Shown here: positions 60,575-64,000 of the stretch, in pieces
How the letters are laid out: each line of letters begins with the position of its first letter
How positions within the stretch are numbered: the first letter of the stretch is position 1
Assembly: GCA_958295675.1 (NCBI GenBank)
Contig: OY282360.1
Span: 466,026-530,025, forward strand
Direction of reading: 5' to 3'
DNA: 64,000 nt
Source: Minisyncoccota bacterium
GTDB lineage: Bacteria; Patescibacteriota; Minisyncoccia; Phycocordibacterales; JABAAK01
Notes under the pieces: model-generated
The model's database searches: none
Seen by the model: only the letters and a program-made list of their open reading frames with translations
Told to the model about the DNA's origin: nothing
Made by a program: the position numbers and the translations under genes

Positions 60575-63148
60575 TTACCGATCAACGACCGGCAGCATCG
60601 CCGCAGCGCAGCGGAAGTCAACGAGTCCCTGACCGAATTCACGGTCAACCCCGGGCTCCCCGATATCCGTCGCGCACGACTTCAGGGCGTGCACCACATC
60701 CTCCGCATCCTCGTAGGTCTGGAAGAGGTGGAACACCGCCGCGCTGAGTGCCGGTGCCGATGCCGAGGTAATCCTCGACTGCTCCACCGCGAAGCACTGC
60801 TCCCTGGTGTCGCCGCACATCATGACACCGGTATCCGGCACGACCGTGCCGTCCTGTCTGCGCACCGCCGCGGTCGCCATCAGCACCTTACCGGTCCTGA
60901 CCGCGTCCATCGTTGCGGTATACATCCACCGCCGACCGCCATCATCACAGGTGAAGTACGAATGGTCAGGACGCCACAGGTCCCGATCCGGATTGTCCGG
61001 CGGATCGCACTGATTCACGCTATGGTGGTTCACATTACCGGCACTCGCCACAAATATGATATTGTGCGCAGCAATGTGCTCCGCAGCAAGCCTGTTGAAG
61101 GCGGGCAGTACCGACCGGTTCACCACCAGGGTCTCGGCGCGCAGAGCGGCGTTGTCCGGGTGGGTCAGGAAGCCGTACGCACCGTCCACTACGCGCCAGT
61201 CCGTTATCCCCGGACCGTGCACATGGATGTTCGCTTTCGGCACGCCCTCTTCTTTCATGTTCACATACACCGTCCGCTGGGCATGGCTGCCCTCAAACGC
61301 TTCACCATCAGCCAACTCCGAGATCACCAGTTTGTAGCGGTGTTCGTCATCGTCAGTGATACGACCGATGAGGTCGCGCATGCCGGCGAAGGACAGGGTG
61401 TTGGTTACCGTGATCGGCTCGGTGTGCGTGGCTTCCGCGCCGTAGCGGTCGGTAACGGTCAGGGTGACCGGGTAGGTCGTTGTGGCGGGGTAGCGACCCT
61501 CGTAGCCGTGGCGAGCGCCCCGGGTACGCCCGAAGAACCAGGTACTGTCGTAGACAAACAGGGGGGTCGGACCGGTGCCGGTCGTGGTGTCAACCCGCAG
61601 ACTGTTCTCCCCGAAGTCCCAGGCGTAGTCCGTGAGGTCTCCTTTGGACGCGGTGGCGTCAAAGCGGATGCCGAACGGGATGCCGTCGTCCTCCTCGTAG
61701 GTGAACGATGCTTCCACAGGTCTGGCGATGACCCGAATGCCTGCCGGTGTGTAGGAGAGGTTGGTGAGGTGCCCGGTTGTTGTCTGTATGAGGGACAGCA
61801 GGATGACGGGATTGGTCGCGGTGACCATGAGCCGCCACTTACCGCTGCCGTCGCCGAGTCCCAGATCTTCCAGCCGTTTGGCGGTGAAGGTTTTCACTTC
61901 ATTGCCCCGCAGGGTGATGCGGACTGTACTGTCGCCTTCTCTGCCTCTATCGTCAAAGCCGCGGACGGTGACCGTGGTCACGGCACCCGTGGTGTTGACG
62001 ATTCGCAAACTGCTCTCCCGATCGGTATTGCTGCCCGGGTTGAGTATGGGTACCTGGTGCGTCCGTCCCGCATCACCCACGATATCGTGGAGTGCGGTGA
62101 GAAAACCGTCATCGGTGCGCATGTAGGCGAGTACCTGTAGGTCCAGATCGCCGGAGACCGTCAGCCGCCAGTGACCGGTACCGTCGCCGACACCGGTGAT
62201 ACCTTTGGCGACACTGCCGTTTTCCAGATCATTGGAGTTGAAGTGCCGCACCTGATTGGCGCCGATGGGGATGGTGAACGAGCCCCGTTCGGTGCCCGAG
62301 TCATCCCTGGCGCGTACCGTCACGGTGCCCGCTTCCGGTGAGCGGTTGATGATCCGCGCGAAACTCTGCCTGAACCGCGAGACCGCGGTGAACAGCGGAA
62401 TCGTGGTGCCTTCCGGTGCCGATGAGAGGTTCGTGAGGTAGCCGACCTTGGTGCTCATGAGGGACATGACGACAATGGATTCCGGTGCCGTGACGAGCAA
62501 TCGCCACTTACCGCTTCCGTTGCCGAGTCCTCCGTTCTCCAGGTCTTTCGCGCTCAGGGTACGTGCACCGTTGGGGCGGAGGGATACCGTCACGGGACGG
62601 TCTCCCGCTGCACCCTGATCGTCAGTACCCCGCACGGTTACCGTGATAGTCCGCCCCGACCGATTGATCAGCCGGAGCATACTCTCCTGGTTCACGTTTG
62701 AGGCGGGATTGAAGGTCATGACCCGGTAGACCCCGTCAGGGCCTCGTGCCACGGTGTTGTTCATCGCGGTGAGAAAGCCGTCATCGGTACGCAGGTACGC
62801 GGTGACCGCAATCGGCAGCGCACTGTCCAGTGCGAGCTGCCAGTCACCGGTGCCGTTGCCGATACCGGTGATACCTTTCACGGCATTGCCGTTCTCCAGG
62901 TCGTCTGAGTTGAAGTGGTACACCGCGGATGCAGCGATGCGGAACGAACTCCGGTGCAGGACACCGGCATCGTCACGGGCACGGATTGTGACCGTACCGT
63001 CTCGGTGTGCGAGATTCACGACTCGCGTGAATCCCTGCCGAATACCGTCATTCGCGGGAGCGAACAGCGGTACCGTCTGTGTTTCGCCGACTGCGAATGT
63101 CGCGGTCAGCAGGAAAACAGGCAGGATGCCTGCTGCTCGTCTGTGCAT
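60575..63148 (-). CDS. Secreted multidomain protein: repeated beta-rich modules, PKD domain and subtilase (S8)-like C-terminus
   Basis: Signal peptide; recurring R(V/L/I)xN...DDxG...LExG...GxGxW(R/Q)L modules; PKD motifs FDATAS..YAWDFG..VTLTVTD; S8-like ASAGN, TSASAPALSAA, ATDIGEPGVDREFGQG. Visibly more GC-rich than its neighbours. Confidence 0.8.
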   Translation of the reverse strand: MHRRAAGILPVFLLTATFAVGETQTVPLFAPANDGIRQGFTRVVNLAHRDGTVTIRARDDAGVLHRSSFRIAASAVYHFNSDDLENGNAVKGITGIGNGTGDWQLALDSALPIAVTAYLRTDDGFLTAMNNTVARGPDGVYRVMTFNPASNVNQESMLRLINRSGRTITVTVRGTDDQGAAGDRPVTVSLRPNGARTLSAKDLENGGLGNGSGKWRLLVTAPESIVVMSLMSTKVGYLTNLSSAPEGTTIPLFTAVSRFRQSFARIINRSPEAGTVTVRARDDSGTERGSFTIPIGANQVRHFNSNDLENGSVAKGITGVGDGTGHWRLTVSGDLDLQVLAYMRTDDGFLTALHDIVGDAGRTHQVPILNPGSNTDRESSLRIVNTTGAVTTVTVRGFDDRGREGDSTVRITLRGNEVKTFTAKRLEDLGLGDGSGKWRLMVTATNPVILLSLIQTTTGHLTNLSYTPAGIRVIARPVEASFTYEEDDGIPFGIRFDATASKGDLTDYAWDFGENSLRVDTTTGTGPTPLFVYDSTWFFGRTRGARHGYEGRYPATTTYPVTLTVTDRYGAEATHTEPITVTNTLSFAGMRDLIGRITDDDEHRYKLVISELADGEAFEGSHAQRTVYVNMKEEGVPKANIHVHGPGITDWRVVDGAYGFLTHPDNAALRAETLVVNRSVLPAFNRLAAEHIAAHNIIFVASAGNVNHHSVNQCDPPDNPDRDLWRPDHSYFTCDDGGRRWMYTATMDAVRTGKVLMATAAVRRQDGTVVPDTGVMMCGDTREQCFAVEQSRITSASAPALSAAVFHLFQTYEDAEDVVHALKSCATDIGEPGVDREFGQGLVDFRCAAAMLPVVDR

Positions 63149-63360
63149 GAGAAACGTCCTCGTTGTGTGTGGAAAGAACAGGGTTCTGGCGGGTAGTGTA
63201 GCATATTTTGCTGGTTTATGCTGTGGCAGATACTGTACAGCGTCTCCTATGTTAATGAATGTATGTTTTGAAACATCTTTGACTTTTTCTTTTTCTTTTT
63301 TTTTATTTTTTTAATTGATAATCAGTATCGCGGTATCCCGCGATGTATACTACGGGGTAA

Positions 63361-63431
63361 CGGACTGTAGCATAATGGTAGTGTGCACGCATGGGGTGCG
63401 TGTGGTTCGGGTTCGATTCCCGGCAGTCCGA
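63361..63431 (+). tRNA. tRNA-Pro(GGG)
   Basis: Acceptor stem CGGACTG/CAGTCCG, anticodon arm CACGC-ATGGGGT-GCGTG, T-loop GGTTCGATTCC; CCA not encoded; TATACT upstream. Confidence 0.95.
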
Positions 63432-63514
63432 CTCTGTGTAGCATCATATAGTGGAAAGCAATGTCTTTCTATAGCTCCGCACCATGCTGAATCATGTTTT
63501 GTATCACGCTGCTA

Positions 63515-64000
63515 TTACTGTTGAAGACCGGAAACAAATTCCAGCATCTGCTCTATCTTGCTCTGCAATCGCTCTTCCGTCTCACGCGCTCTGCGGGCGG
63601 TATATGTATCCAAATCCTGCAAAGATAACAATCGTTCCTGGTGTCCCTTCGCGAGGATTGATAATGACATGCGCAGGAATCTGATGAAATGATTGAAAAC
63701 CGCCCTGTCCGAACGGGATACATCAGTGATTGATTCACCGGTTGATTCAATAATTTTAGGAATCAGGTTTCTTTGAATCGGCAGGAAACATAACGGGGAA
63801 TCGGCATAGTACCGCGCCGGTACAAACAGTCCGTCCTCATTCTTTTTATACCCATAATCAATTTGTACGCCGTTTTCATTTATGTGTTCAATCTGATTCA
63901 TTTTTCTTCTGGTTGCCTTTTCTAAATCATCAGAAATAACTTCGTCAACGGAGCACACGACATCGCCTGTTTCCCGGTCAATGATAATGGTGTCAACACC
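63515..64000 (-). CDS. Hypothetical protein (5' end outside the window)
   Basis: Frame is open to the window edge: GVDTIIIDRETGDVVCSVDEVISDD... Confidence 0.75.
   Translation of the reverse strand, partial: GVDTIIIDRETGDVVCSVDEVISDDLEKATRRKMNQIEHINENGVQIDYGYKKNEDGLFVPARYYADSPLCFLPIQRNLIPKIIESTGESITDVSRSDRAVFNHFIRFLRMSLSILAKGHQERLLSLQDLDTYTARRARETEERLQSKIEQMLEFVSGLQQ

Noticed and set aside
60689-62140. 483-aa plus-strand ORF
   Set aside because: It is the antisense shadow of the GC-rich 60575-63148 gene.

Overview
Bacterial chromosome segment, most likely from a small-genome Patescibacteria/CPR organism of Parcubacteria type. This is inferred from the compact and diverged RpoB/RpoC, short DnaX, UvrC, ProS and ThrS, and the absence of Shine-Dalgarno sites at core genes. 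The many eukaryote-like repeat and adhesin domains hint at an animal-associated (e.g. sponge) niche, also an inference. Core genes lie almost entirely on the minus strand: dnaG (partial), rpoC, rpoB, dnaX, dus, ftsQ-like, serS, uvrB, FKBP, pepE-like, ahpC, proS, tyrS, murE-like, femABX-like, uvrC, uvrA, thrS and rnhA; tRNA-Pro(GGG) is on the plus strand. Most core genes have a -10 box 6-9 nt upstream of the ATG, which suggests leaderless mRNAs. Four accessory blocks are interspersed. (1) Four tandem promoter-gene-terminator cassettes encode HEAT/LRV-repeat proteins. (2) Nine paralogous 22-aa LRR-like proteins in two arrays show module shuffling. (3) A roughly 4.6-kb island (45.4-50.0 kb) holds two distant paralogues, an ArfA-like peptide, a small RNA candidate and two diverged copies of a 410-450-nt highly structured RNA with compensatory changes; each RNA copy has its own promoter and terminator. 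This RNA pair is the best candidate for an undescribed system. (4) A 1808-aa Cys-rich TSP1-like adhesin with near-perfect 249-bp repeats converges on a GC-rich PKD/subtilase-like gene. All calls come from reading the sequence; no database searches were run.
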